From NCBI GenBank assembly GCA_040357565.1, contig JBDODJ010000045.1: a DNA stretch of 64,000 nucleotides. One strand, written 5' to 3'. The stretch is from Cercozoa sp. M6MM. Lineage: Eukaryota; Protista; Endomyxa: Ascetosporea. The position numbers and the translations under genes were made by a program. This document shows, in pieces, positions 24,208-41,088 of this stretch. Under the pieces are notes generated by a model. The model was not told the origin of the DNA and ran no database searches. It saw only the letters and a list, made by a program, of their open reading frames with translations. Within the stretch, counting starts at the first letter, position 1; the number at the start of each line of letters is the position of its first letter.

Positions 24208-27200
24208 TTACTCCGGACTGAGCGTCGCGTCGGCAGACATCTCGTCCATGTAACGCACGGTTTCGTGCTCCTGCGTTGGGAGCTGCCACTTGTCGGCCTG
24301 CTCGGGGAAGGCCACGGCCACGGCCTGTCGGATGTGCGTGAGGTAGTGCACCTCGAAGGCACTGCGAATGGCCGGCGGCAGCTCTTCAAAGTCGCGCTTG
24401 TTCTCGGCAGGCAGCAGAAGCGTCGTGATGCCCGCACTACCGAGATAACCCAGTATGGTACCAAGTTAGGGACAGGGGGTAAGCGTACCGCATGGCAGCC
24501 ATTGCCTTTTGTTTGACACCACCAATAGGCAGCACGAGACCTGCAGAAGCACGCAGCGTCAAAGGCCCTATACAGTGTATAGGGCAGCAGCAGTACCCGT
24601 GGTGGTGACCTCGCCTGTCATGGCCAGGTCTGGCCGCAGCGGCGTGTCCGTGGCGAGCGACAGGAAGGCCAGCACGGCCGCCACACCGGCACTCGGACCA
24701 TCCTACCACAGCAGCATGTGTACTTCAAAGCAAAACTCAACTAGATTAGTCATGCAGACGGCCAGTACCTTGGGCGTGGCACCCTCGGGTACATGCAGAT
24801 GCACGCGCGCCTCCCGGAAGAACTTGTTGTCCGGCTCATGCTGTAGCCAACACAGACATATCACATGAGCCTTAGTCCCTGCACAACTTAGTTTGTGCCT
24901 ACCTTGAGCAAGAGCGAGCTGGCCACGATCTGAGCGATTCGCATACTCTCCTGCACACACCCAACAAAACAAATGTCAGGTTGCAATCTCCTTCAGACAG
25001 TACGAACGGTACCTTCATGACATCGCCAAGCATGCCCGTCACATCCACTGCCGGGTACTTGTTTTCTGCGTCCTTTGCATGCACGGACAGGGTAAGACAG
25101 TACATAAGGTATAGTTGGGGGAGGGCAGGGTACCCTTGAAGTAACGCACGACTCGAGGTACAAGGCCGAGCCACCGACCTCGTTGTAGGCCAGGCCCATG
25201 ACAACGCCGACGGGCGTTGATTCGAACATGCGTTCCTTGCTGAACTTGGGCTTGCCCAGCAGTTTCTCCAGCACTGTCGCGTCAATGTGCAGCGTCGGTT
25301 TGAGCTTCAAACACCAACCAAAACACCCTACTTAACACCAACCAGAAAGACAAGAAAGCTACCTCCTCCAGTTTCGACTCGTCAATGCGCGTGCCATCGC
25401 CGTCGTGCCTGATGTAGGGCGCTACCTTGCGTGCCTGGAAAGGAGGGTCCATGATCACACAGAGCAAAGGACAAAGGACAAAGGACAAAAGACAAGGAAC
25501 ACAGATCAGTTACCAGCTTGCGCAGCAGCTTATCGACGTGCTGATCGAGTCGTCGCACGCCACTCTCGCGGCAGTACTTGTTGATCAGCGTGTCCACAGC
25601 CTCGGTCGTGATGGACAGGCCGTCGTCGGCGTCGAGCTCAAAGTGCTGCTTGGGGTCCTCCAGGTCGCTGCGCAGGAAGGCCAGACCGTTGCGCTCGATG
25701 GCACGCGGAATCAGGTATCGCGACGCGATCTCGCGCTTCTCGTGCGGCGTGTAGCCCGTGAGCGAGATGAACTCCATGCGGTCCGCCAGCGGGCCTGGAA
25801 TACCGTCTCGGTAGTTGGCCTACCACCGTACAAACATACACGGTACAAACATACACAGGTACAAACATACACGGTACAAACAGACGTAGAAATTGGACAG
25901 AACCAAAAGAATTACCGTCGTGAGGAACAACACGCGCGACAGATCCACCGGCACGTCAAAGTACTGATCCGCGAACTCCGAGTTCTGCGACGGGTCCAGA
26001 ACCTGCACACCAGACACAAGCGTCAAGTCACAGCAAACATGATGCAAACTGGACCCTGTACACACATGGATTGGCACGTGCTTACCTCAAGCAGCGCGCT
26101 TGACGGGTCGCCACGCGCCGTGGCACCCGGAATTTTATCGATCTCGTCGATCATGATGACGGGGTTTTCGGTACCGCACCTGTTGGGGGGGGGGGTACCA
26201 AGCCTAGTAAGAGTGAGACAACTAGTCATACCGCTTCAGGCCCTGCACGAATCGACCGGGCAGTGCACCGATGTAAGTCCTGCGGTGACCCTTGAGTTCG
26301 TGCACATCGTTGAGTCCACCCACCGACAGTCGGTAGAATTCGCGGCCACTGTAATACACACACACGTATCACGAGAGTCCTACGACACGAGAGTACTACA
26401 AAACAACTGTACAGAGCAGCAGCCACAGACTTGCCGATCGATGTCTTGCCTGTTGTGACACATCAACATCAATCACATTCCCAGAAACAACTGTACCGAC
26501 ACCCGGCGGTCCAATCAGACACAGGATCTTGCCGCTCTGGGCCCACTTCGGATCGGCTTGCAGCGCCTGCTCGCACCAGTTTATTCACCCACTTACACAG
26601 ACACACACACACGAACATGTACACACACACACCTTGATGTGCTCGACAACTTCCTTGTCGATGTCGAGGCTCTTTGCTTCTGTCTCTTCGACCGACTGCT
26701 TGGCCTGCACGCTTGAATCTTTAAAAAGAAAACACAGTTTGAAACAGCACAAGGTATACGCAGTACCAGCTCGGGGAACAAGTCGGACACCTCGCGATCG
26801 ATCTTGTCAAAGTCGACCACATCCACGAGAGCGCTCGCCAGTGCATCCTGCAAACACACTCCAAGATATTTAACTTGCCGTAACTTGACATCAGGAAGTA
26901 CCTTGGACATTCGTGAGTAGCCCTTGACATGTCGAGCCTTGACAGCTTCGATCAGCTGAAGGAACCCATCGTTCAGCACTCTTAATATTGGCAGCTTGGA
27001 AGCACGTGAGTACCTGTGCTTTGGGCAGGTGTGTCAACAGCTTGGAGAACTCGGTCTTGGCCTTGGCGGTGGCTGCCTCGCGACGCAGCTTGCCGACGGC
27101 GATGAACTCCAAGATGCGTTCTTTCACGTCCTCGAGTCCAAAATGATCCAGATCGAGCTGTCGCTGCGCGTGCTCCAAGTCGAGATTGTCGGGAGATCGG

Positions 27201-29506
27201 TGGCCCCATGGCACTGCCCAAGAACAAACGAGATGAAACACTAGGGCCTTTGGCTGCCTAGAAGAGGGTGTACCGGAAGTGAGCCACTCAAGGTGATCGA
27301 GCGAGACGCGGAAGTCCTGCTGCTGCGGGTTCATACCGCGCAGTCGCTTGACTTCCTCGTCGAAGGCTTCGCGCACAGCCGGCGGCAGTTTCAATCCGCG
27401 GTCCTGGTCACAAGAAAACACAGCCTCTGCGGAAGAAGGTACACCGTACAAAGAGACGCACCACAATTCGCTTCTCAAACTTCTCGGCGAGCTTGTCAGC
27501 ATCCGTGTCCTGATCGAGGCCGAGTTCCTTCTTGATGGCGGCTAGTTGGCCCATCAACATCATCTTCTCGTGCTGGTCGCGCATCTCCTGCTCTACCTCC
27601 CTGCACGAAAAAACACAGGACGTCTAGCATTAACACACAGAAACAGGTGTGCACAGGTTTAAACTACTTGGAAATCTTGTCGCGGTATCGAATGAACTCC
27701 TACAGAACAAGTCGTCGTGAGTAATTTTACTGCAAGGCGAAGAAACATCGCACCTTTTCGTTCTCAAGCAGACGCAATGCGATGGAAACGCGCTCACCGA
27801 CGTCGGTTTTCTCGAGCATCTTCTGCAACTCCGACGCAGGTGCTGTGCTGAGTGCGGCTGCGACATCGGCCAGCTTGCCGGGTTTCTGCAATCGGAGTTA
27901 AAGAAAATTATCTACTGGCAACATCAACAGGAAGGACACAGAAAACTCACATCGAGTTCAAAGTCGGAGCCGTTTTCGACAACGTACTTGATGAGACTGT
28001 CAAAATACAATAGTTGTATAACAATGGAAAATAAAAGGACAAAAGGCAAACATTGATACCTGCCAAAAGTGTGGTCCATGTCCACAAGCTCCTGCAATCT
28101 TCGGAACACAGCCTGGCCGTAGCCCTGATTGCATCAGCACACATACACACCAACACAAAGGAGATCAGGAGCAAAGACGGTTACCGTGATTTCCTTGCTT
28201 TGCTCCTCCGAAATATCCGTGGGCACCTGCAAAAAAAAACATAGTTGAAAAGTTGAATCGTAGCAGAACATGTCAAAACTGTAGTGTACTTCGGATTCAC
28301 GTCTTAGATGTTTGATCGGCGCCAGCGGGAAGTCTAAATACATCATGTACCGAATAAACGAGAAAGGAAGAAACTCAACACACCCCTCAACCGCGTTGAT
28401 TCCTTCAGCTTTCGCTCGAACGATTCATCGTCTGAAACCACAAGAGAATGAGAAAAATGTTGCGCTTGGCTATTCTTGGTGTCGGACTACCTGTAGGCTT
28501 GCCATTGCTCTCACTCGCCTCGGCCGCCTTCTTCTCGGCCTCAAAGTCAGTTTGACAGCGCCACAGCGACTCAACTTGCACGATCAACACATCTGCGCCG
28601 GCAAACATGAGGCGACAGAAGAAAAGAACGGGGGCTAAAATATCGCTGGCGTACCGTCATGTCTGTGGATAGAGTGCAGCATAGCGTAGGTGCCGGTTGG
28701 GCACACTTCGTCCGGGTCGTGCACTGCCTGCAACACCGGATTCGTGCGCATTCGCGTGCGCTCGCTCCAACCTGTTGACAGAGGCATTAAAGCGAGCCAC
28801 TGTGCGGGGAAAAGTGAGTGTACTGGGCGTGTCCTCCTCGACGCCAGTGACGGAAGCCTTGTCGACGAATACACCGAGATATCGGTGCGACGGTGACTGA
28901 ATTAAAAAGTTTGAGATAGAACGATATTAGTCAAGATAAAAAGTGAAAAGATAAAAAGAGAAAAGGGGGAGGAAGCAGCATTTTACGCCATGCCACAGCC
29001 GCATGATGGCAGCTTTCGTGTCTGAGTCTGTCACAGCGAACATTGATCGGAATCCCGGCATCAGTGGTCGTCCTGCAAAAACACAAAGGTGTATTTCCAA
29101 GTCGGATGCAGTGTTAAAGGCAAAAGTTTACCAACTCGGAACATTGTGACATGCGGCATCTGCATAAAGTACTCGCGCGGGTTGATCAGCTGCTGAAAAG
29201 CCTGTGAATTAAATACACGAGGAAGGTACCAAGTGGTTGAAAAATATGGTGAGTTATACAACAAGTCAAACCTTATCGCGGTCCTTCTTGGAGATCGCCT
29301 TGTCCGGTTTGTCTTCAATTAGCTTGCCTTCACTCTTCTTCTTGGCATCGTCGCCCTTCCACCTTCGTTGCTGTCATGCAAACACATTTCGTCAGTTCAC
29401 AAGCACCTTTCACTAAGCAGTATACCGAAGAAGTGAGTGAACGCGTCAACGTGCTGCGTAGTTGGCCAGCTCGTCGTGTCGCCACACGGATCACGGCAGA
29501 AGACAT
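24208..29506 (-). CDS. LONP1: Mitochondrial Lon protease (LONP1/PIM1-like), many introns, with a ~100-aa insertion before Walker A
   Basis: Arg-rich presequence [18 protein letters not shown]; [21 protein letters not shown]; [13 protein letters not shown]; [13 protein letters not shown]; IDEIDK; [16 protein letters not shown]; [17 protein letters not shown]; AMTGEV; LPIGGVKQK. Confidence 0.93.
25826..25882. repeat. Intronic ~15-bp minisatellite (GGTACAAACATACAC) x~3.5
   Basis: Directly visible; an (ACAAAGG)n run also occurs at ~25465-25495. Confidence 0.85.
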
Positions 29507-30004
29507 TTCTTGTTTGCGAAACGCAAAAGACGCTCAAATTAGAAATTCGCTTTCTGATTTGCGGTCTTTCCTAGTCTCTCGAGCTCTCTGCACAATTATA
29601 ACGTCAGCAGGCGCACTGATGAGCTGAACAAATGTCAGAATCGCAACACACAGGCTTTCTTTCCCAATTAGGATGATGATCGCTTGAATGAAGCTTGCCT
29701 GCAGAATGTTCTGTGACCCTTGAAAATCCTTCATTTCTTTGGATACACTGCACTAGCCATCTTCGAACTCTGCTAAAATCTGTCCCTATTGACCTTTAAT
29801 GGCATGGCTCCATAAAAGCTTGTAAGAAAAGCAGTGCTTCAAGAAAACATGAAAGCACTGTTTCTGTGTTTGCGGACCATGGGAAAACTGGTCGAATTGG
29901 ACCGAAAATTCCAAGCCATCATGTCGCAATCAAGAGCTTAAAACCACTCTAAAGAGCCACACCACTATCGCGAGCAGAGTTAAACTTTAGTTGCAGGCTC
30001 TTAA

Positions 30005-33001
<2,997 letters not shown>

Positions 33002-33248
33002 TCTCTTCGTCTGCGTCGCGCTAGCGTAGCTTCAGGTTGTTAATCAGTCACGCTAGGGTCGAGCATTCTAAGTACCGCACCCAGGCAGACCTCGACTATT
33101 TCACGCTATAAACCAGTAACTAAGGTATTGAAGACGACAAAATATAGGAAGTGGAGGATTAGAATACAATCAACTAGTTGAGTTATTTCGTTTTTGATGT
33201 ATGGTACACATTTCAGCAAACTAGGTTGTGATTGAACGGAGCTATTAC

Positions 33249-33864
33249 TTAGCCGAGCTGCTGCACGAGCTGCTGCACGAGTGCGTCAACGCCGCTCTTG
33301 TCGAGACCGGAGTGTTGCTGCAGTACGCGGCGCGCCTTGCCGGCCTGCAAGAAGCAAAGAGTGAAGGAACGGCAGTTAACAGAGAGTACAATGGGTCAAG
33401 AGGGTGATCACTGAATGAGTACCGGCATGGCCCACTGAGCGCGCTGTGCCATGCACTTCTTGGTGAGCAGTGCCAGGGCCAGTAGGGTCGCCACGGCCAC
33501 ATCGTCAGCATTGTCGCTGCGCAGCAACATAGTGTAGATAGATAGTAAGATAAATAGTAGTTAGTGAGACAGTTTGATAGGAGAGATGGACAGAAAGTGA
33601 GATAGATGACAGAGGAAGGGAAGTACCCAAGCAGAGCGCGCGCCTTGTCGGCTTGTGCCTGCAGCTCAGTCGGCAGCGCCGAGAGCGACCAGGAACCGTC
33701 GAGTGCCTGCGCCTTGACCAGGGTGGTCGTGAGTGCGGCATCACCGGCCGTCACAGGCTTGCGTTCCTCCTGTCGGCGACTCTCGAAGGCCGACATGTCA
33801 CGCGCCTTGCTCTTGGCCTTCTTCTTCTTGGCTCGACTGCACTCAATTAAGACATATACAAGCG

Positions 33865-33912
<48 letters not shown>

Positions 33913-36900
33913 ATAGAGTATGTACACAAATAATACAAACATATATACATGCAATAATATATATGTAGATATATATATATATATATCGACACAGTGTATG
34001 TACATGGGAGCAGGAACGCATGCGGCAGAGCGAGCCATCGGAGCGCCCTGCAAGCACTAGATAGTGATAGTAGAGACAAGACCGAGAGGTAACTACCGGT
34101 GCAGCGGGCGGTGCAGCGGCAAAGGACATGGAGACCGGTGCGATGGGCGCCTCGTAGGCACGCTCGCACACACTCTCGTCGAAGCAGCTGTCGAGACACT
34201 CGTCGACGGCGACAGGGCCGCGACTGCTGCTGCTGCTGCTGCTGTTGGAGGAGAAGGCACTGCGCAGCCGACTGAAGAAACCGCTGCCACCGCCGCCGCT
34301 GGCTCGGGCCATCTGAGGCTCCGGGTCCGCCTGCAGCAGTGACGACGACTTGAGCACGTGTCTGCCTCCCAGGAAGTTTTCACATTCGTCCTCCTGCCGT
34401 ACAGGGTCATTCGGGGTTGGGGAAGGGTCAGGGGAAGGGTTAGGGAAGGGTCAGGGGAAAGGATCAAAGAACGGGCCAAAGGAAATAGACAAAGGAATGG
34501 TCAAAGAACGGTTGAAAAGAAATGGACAAATGTCAGAGGGTCTGGGTCAGAGGGTCTGGGTACCTCCAATTCTTCCTCTTCTTCCTCCAGGTCATCAACG
34601 TCCATACGGATGTCGCCGTCGTCGTCGTCGCCCATGCAGATGTCGTCCACATCAGCTTCCTCTGGTTCGGAGTCATCCACAGCCACGAACGAGGCGGCCG
34701 AGCACGCCAGTTGGTACCTGGGATGGCAGGGTAAAGAAGTGTCAGATGGGCAAAAAGCAAGGTGTCTGTACCGCACGCCCAGCATGGCAAGCTCGCCGTA
34801 GACGTCGCTGTTGCCCTTCTCCATCAGCTGCTCGAGTTCCTTGATGCGTCGGCGTGCCATCAGGCGGTGGATGGTGCTGCCCACCTGTACACATGTCCAA
34901 CGGTAACATCGTACACCATACATACTAACAGGCATGTAAAGTGATAGAGCGAAAGGTACGCGAACAGAGGCTTCAGTCAGCGGCAGCTCGAGTGCAAAGT
35001 CGCGGCTCAGCTTGTCTCCCTCGGGCTGATGCAGCACGCCAGTCAGCACGCAGCTTTCCTATCACCAAGAAGTAGGGTAAGGGAGGTTAGGGAAAGGGTA
35101 GAGGGTCAAAGGGTATAGTACTTGCTGCTGCTGCATGAGTTGCTTCCACTGCGACACTGACACATCCTCGCGCACACTGTACAGACACTGACGCGACTGC
35201 TCCGTGCCCGGGAAGAGCGTCTGCGGCAACTGCTCCGGCACGCGTTGCGTAGGCTCCAGTGCAGGCGGGTAGGCCAGGTTCCTGGGACAGGGGGTAAGGC
35301 GTAAACAGAGGGGTGTGTAGAGAGCTAGATGACAAATGTACAGTGATGACACAGGCGGCTGCAGTGCTGCCACCAACAATGTCATCACCAGGTCGCCTGC
35401 CTCTGACGGCTTGTTGATGAAAGCCGCCGTGCCCTTGCCAGCATCAGCAATGCCGCGCACACTGCGTGCACACAAGATAACCCTCCTGCCGATTCACTTC
35501 CACCCGCAGCACTAGGGTAAGAGAGTTACAGTGCGCGATCGACGCCACCGCCGAGACCAAAGGCGAACACGCGTTGTTCGCCAGCATGCGTGGCCACACA
35601 GCGCACACACGCGTCGCGGTTGCTCACTTGACCGTCCGTCAGCAGGAAGATCTGCGTACACAGGCATGTACCAGTTAAGGTACCCCTGGTACACACGGTG
35701 AGTATGATACCTGGCGAGGGTAGGCCGGGTCCACTGTCTGTTTGAACAGGTTCTGCAGCGGTCGCAGGATGTCCGTGCCGCCCGAAGCCTGCAACAAGAG
35801 GACAGTAACAAAGTGTATGTGTGTGTGGGGGGAGGGTAGATCAAGCACCCGCAGCTTGCGCACGAAAGCATCGGCATCGTCGCGCGACTTCTGCGTCAGC
35901 GGCTGCGATTTGCTGAAGCACGACGAGTACGACGAGTCGAAAGCGATGATGTTGAAGCGCGCATTCGACGGCAGCGAACGCAGGAACACCTGCACGACCG
36001 ACCGACATGGTTTTCGACAAGACAGTGGGGGGGGGTACTCGGGTACCTGCAGAGTCTCCTTGACCGAACTCATGGCATCGCCGTACATGCTGCCCGACTT
36101 GTCCACCAAAAAGATCAGCTCGCACGGCAGCTCGAGTGCCTCGTCGATCTCCAACTGACGGGCGCACCTAACACAAGCGATACAGGGCAAAGGTAAAGCT
36201 TAGAAAGAACAGCACGAAGGGTAAAGACAAGGGTAAAGGGCAGAGGTAGGGGTAAAGTTATGGGGACAGGGTAAGGGGTAAAGACAAGGGGTAAATGGTA
36301 AGTCAAGGGGTAAGGGTAAGTCAAGGGGTAAAGGGTACAACAAGGGGTCAAAGGTAAACGGCAAGGGGAAAGAGATACAGGACAAAAGGTAAAGGAGGGA
36401 TACAGAGTGACACGCGTGGCCACCGACTCGTGTTCGGGCGAGTACTCGATGGCACCCTGCGCCTGCGTCTCCTCCAGGCGCAGCAGCACACGCAGCGTGC
36501 GACTGCCGGCCTGCATGCCGCCGAACTCGGCCTGCTTGAGCGACACCTCGGCACCGCCCTCGGCCTCCAGGTTGACCTCGGCGCCGTCGACACCGCCTTC
36601 CACGCGGATGTCCTGCACGGGCGATGACGTGACCGCCTTCAACTCAAAGTCGAGGTTCATCGGCGACGACTTGGCCGTGGCGACGCCGAGTTCGTTGAGC
36701 GCCATGCTGCCGCAGTGGCCCGACTCGGGAGTCTTCTCGCCCAGCATGCGGCGCAGCGGTGCCTGGCAAAAGAGGTGCACATAAATCTATTTTGTTAAAG
36801 CACAGACAAGTCAGAGTGCAATTTACCACAGCAGTCGGCAACTCAAACACAGTGTTATCGCCTTCGAAACGCAGTTCGGCAATGTAGGTCACCTCGATCG

Positions 36901-37502
36901 TGATGAGCGAGTTCGCCTCGCCTGGCAGGGCACCCAGTTCCACTGTAAACGTGTCGGCATTCGAGGGGTCGCGCTAAGGGAAACGCACAGGGTCGAATCA
37001 AACGGATCCAGGCAAATAAACCCAAGAAAACCAAACACACCTCGAGCAGAGCAGCACGCTTGCCTTGACGCAGCGCTTTCTCAAAGGTGCGACGCGCTTG
37101 CTTCTTCTCCTGCACCTTGGCCGAGAGCTTGCGACCACCAATGTCGGCCTTGAACTCGCACACGGCGGCGTTCTCGTCCAGCGGCAGTGCGTACTTCAGT
37201 CGCGACACCGGCGCGTTTTCGACACTTGAGACACGCTTCTGCAGCAGACCACGGGACACGCCGTCGTACTCGAACTGCAGCGTCAGCTTGACCTCGCACG
37301 CAAAGTCATCCACCAACTTGGCTCGCACCTGCGCTCCTCGCTGCACACCCCAACATTTCGCTCGGTTTCTATCGGTGGAAGAATGTGAGAAAGCAAACGA
37401 CTGTTGCCGTACCTGGGGCAGGAAGATCGGGCCCGTGTAGATGTCGTCGACACACGGCGGCAGAATGTAGCAGCCGCAGCACAACTCTTGGTCAATGGTC
37501 AT
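33249..37502 (-). CDS. VIT + von Willebrand A domain protein (VWA5A-like), multi-exon
   Basis: VIT: YALPLDENAAVCEFKADIGGRKLSAKVQEKKQARRTFEKA; MIDAS: ELIFLVDKSGSM, FLRSLP..ARFNIIAF, GGTDILRPL, LLTDG; IHRLMARRRIKELE; Q.LDGSW. Confidence 0.88.
36190..36405. repeat. Degenerate telomere-like (GGGGTAAA/GGGTCAA)n array in a VWA intron
   Basis: About 20 G3-4 runs separated by TAA/TCAA; similar arrays at 34414-34470 and 35070-35115. Confidence 0.75.
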
Positions 37503-38031
37503 TTTGGGAAACAGTTGGCGCAGGAAGGATATGAGACTGGGGAAGGCCAAAAGTCTGAGAAGAACTCAATAATGCGGATAGCACAATGGAAAAACAGAAC
37601 AAAAAAGAATGCTGTTGGTGAGCTGCCACAGAAAGGGAATTTCGGCAGCCACGCTCTGATCCAGTCGTGGTTGAAAGAAAATAATGGGAAAACCAAGCAG
37701 CTACGTCGCCGGTCACAGTGATGGCTTACCTCCTAGTGCACAGATGGGACAGGACTAAACTACAGCAGTAACAAGCAGTTAGTGCTGTTCCAGGTACGAT
37801 CGTATCGTTATCAAGCAAGAATGAGTTGAAATGACCACTGTCGATCGGGTCGTGTTCGTTATCAAGAATACGATGACTCAGCTCCTGTCAAACGTTCACC
37901 CACTTCATGGGTCCTTTTTTTAAGGATCTAGAACATGATGATTTTCGTGTATACTGTAGCAAAGTTTAAAATCAATCGAATCTAGCACAGTTTTGGAGTG
38001 CGTCGGCCGTGATTTTAAGTCGGCCGTGATT

Positions 38032-38516
38032 TTACATGTGCTTGTTGGCCTGTGCAATAAAATAAACGTCAGGTGAAGGCAGATAACGTCACGCACAGAT
38101 TTGTGGAAGTGAACTCACGTGTTGCTCTTGTTGGAGTTGTGCAGCCCGGGCCCGAGCATTCTGAATCTCTTGCAACAGCCGTCGCTCTTCATCGCGTTCG
38201 TGTCGCGCGCGTGCCCAGTCCAGGTGTTCCTGCGTATGATGCGAAACTACTGAGCACAAGGCAGATGTGTGCATCGAGTACTTCAAGGTTGTTGGCGTGT
38301 CGTAACAGTCGCTCGACACGCGGGTCCTGCTGCCGTTGCTGTGAGGGGAACAACAGCGCTGTTAGCCAGCTCGGCGCAAATCTCGCCGCCAGAGCGATCA
38401 CCACCTGTCGGCCACAGTTTGCAGAAAAACCTCGAATTAACTCCCATGTGTCAAATTTTGAATACCAGCACGACGAAAGCGATGAGAATGACAAAGCCAT
38501 TGTCGGTCAAGATCAT
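38032..38516 (-). CDS. Small (~100 aa) N-terminal TM + coiled-coil protein, 4 exons
   Basis: Splices cleanly with three GT-AG introns: MILTDNGFVILIAFVVLVVIALAARF...EEHLDWARARHERDEERRLLQEIQ...ANKHM*. Confidence 0.55.
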
Positions 38517-38838
38517 TTTTGGATATTTGCTTTTTGCAAGACCCAGAGACGGGCAGTCTGTTCTGAAAGTGAGAAAACACAACTAAATCAACGATTAAAA
38601 CCAGAAAAGCGGGCCTGCGCGTCTCAACGAGGTTGCAGATCGGCTGGGATTTTCTTTATTTTTCTGGCCACCGAATGGTACAGGTGTACAGTTTTGCTGT
38701 CCAGCGTGCTGGAGCGGGGGCCGGTCTAATTGCGCGAAAGGAAGGCTGCTTGGTGCCACTGTGTGGGCCCTTGCCGCGTCACCGGGCTGATCGAGTCTCT
38801 GCAGCTCCATAGGATTCGGAAGCAAGCTACCCATTTCA

Positions 38839-40973
38839 ATGTCGAGTGAAGAGGACCACGCAAACGAGGCCAGCCGCGACGAGGTATATGCTCTGGCTCA
38901 AACACAGGTGTTAGCGATGCGAATGCGATGCTTCTGTTGCATAGATTGACGAAAGGCCAGCGGGTCATGAGAACGAGGAGATGCCAAAGGTCCCTTTTCC
39001 ATCGCTTGTGAGTTTGTGTTTGAGCTGTGTTGTGTGTTGCACAGGACGTGAGTGACAGCCCAGTCGAAGAAGAAGTCGAAGAGGACACTGTTGAAGCAAA
39101 GGTTGATGGCGATAAAGTCGAGCAGGCCCATGTTGAGACGGAGCGAGCTGAAACTGAAGCCACAACTGAAACCGAAACTGAAGCCGAAACTGCTGAAACT
39201 GAAGCCGACGCTTCCGCAGAGAGTGACAGCAGCACGCAACTGGAGGCACATGAAGAAACAGAGTCGGAAGAACCCAGCAACGACCAGAACGCGGAGGAAG
39301 AGGAAACCGACGCGTCCAAACACGAAACCGTCGAAGGCGATGCCGAGCTGCCGGAGCGAACACAGGTGAACGAAACGCCGTTCGATCCCGATGTGCAGCG
39401 GAGTATCGAGGTAGCTGTCTTTACCCCCCCCCCCCCCCATTCCCATTCACCCCTCCCCCTGCTTGACTCAGGAACTGGACCATTTGAACGTGCGGAACGA
39501 CCAGCTGCTGCAGCGTTTCTTCATGTCGATCAACTCGGACTCTGCATCGGTACTTATGCTTTCGCCTCCATTACCCCCCCCTCCTTATTCTCCCTGCCTT
39601 TTTACTCCCCTGTAGACGAGCAAAACTGCGAGTGAGTGCGAGGAACGAGTGCTGTTTTCTGTGCTCACAGACACGGCAATTCTGTGCGATGACCACGCCA
39701 GTTCGCGTCACAGTGTGTCTGTCCAAACAAGTTTGTTGGGATGTACCTGCATGCTATTACCTGTGTAGACACTTCGGATCCGTCGGAGAGTGGCGTCAAG
39801 CGTGCCTTAGTGCTGACCGATCTGGCTCTGTACCTGTTTCCGCCGCCTATGGAAGGTACGTGTCTTTACCCCCTCCCCTCCCTCTCATCCTTTAACCCCT
39901 TTACCCCTCGCTTGGCACAGTGGACGGACAGAACTTCCTCGTGGTGACCGAGTACGAACAGATTCCGCTCGCCACGATTCGCGTCGTCTCGATTCCGTTC
40001 GCCTCGCAGATCACCACGAGTATATGTTTTTGTTAAGGCTGCGTTGTTGGTACATTATTATGGCACACTTTGGTACAGGTGGACATGATTTCGCCATTCG
40101 CACTTGCGATTTTGCCATGCACCTGTACGTTCGTGTTATTCTTGACCCCCTTAAGCCTTTACCACCTTACCCTTCCCCCCTCATGTTTTGTAGTACAAGA
40201 CACCGTACACTGTGGCTCACTTCTGAAGCCGAAACCCGTTCGCCTGTACCCCTTTATCTATACCCTTTTTGTTTCCCCTTTTTATTTCCCCTTTTTGTTT
40301 CCCCTTTTTATTTCCCCTTTTTGTTTAACCTCCCATTCTACTCCCCCCTGCCCCCTCTTGACCCAGTTGCTGGAGTCGATCTGTGAGGCGTTTCAAAACA
40401 GCACGGGCGCTCAGTTGTCGCTCCAGGTACTGCCTGTTTCACGGACTTGTTTGCTTGAGGTAGTAGCTCGGTGTCTACCGTGTGAGTAGCATGTCGAAAG
40501 AACGCGGTTACTCGACTCAGTTCATAGGTTTTACGCTTCTACCCCACACCACTTTCTTTTTCCCCTCTCTACTTTCTTTGGCCTCTAACCCTCCCCCGAC
40601 AGCGGCGAAATCTGGCAGCACGTGGAGCAGATTGAAGAGCGCGAGTGGGCGCAGCAGGAGCCGCTGCTGTGCACGCACTGCGAGCACCAGCGACTCGAAG
40701 TCGGCAAGGCACAGCTCCGCGCGGACGCCTGGCGGCGCGTCTACCTCGCACTGTACACGCAGCGACTGCGTATCTTTAGGTACACCCTTATTACCATTCT
40801 CGCCCTTCTACTCCTAGTCTCTTTGTCCCTTTCCCTTTGTCCCTTACCTTTCTTGCCTCCCCCCAGTTCCCGTGCCGAGTTGGAGGCGTGGCGTGAGGTA
40901 GCGCGAACTCCGGCGACGCAGAAGGCGCGTGCGCCCAAGGTGCCTGGTCAGAGCGACCTGCCGTTGCACCAGG

Positions 40974-41026
<53 letters not shown>

Positions 41027-41036
41027 NNNNNNNNNN

Positions 41037-41088
<52 letters not shown>

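Noticed and set aside
25427-26458. 343-aa + strand ORF
   Set aside because: Antisense shadow of GC-rich Lon exons
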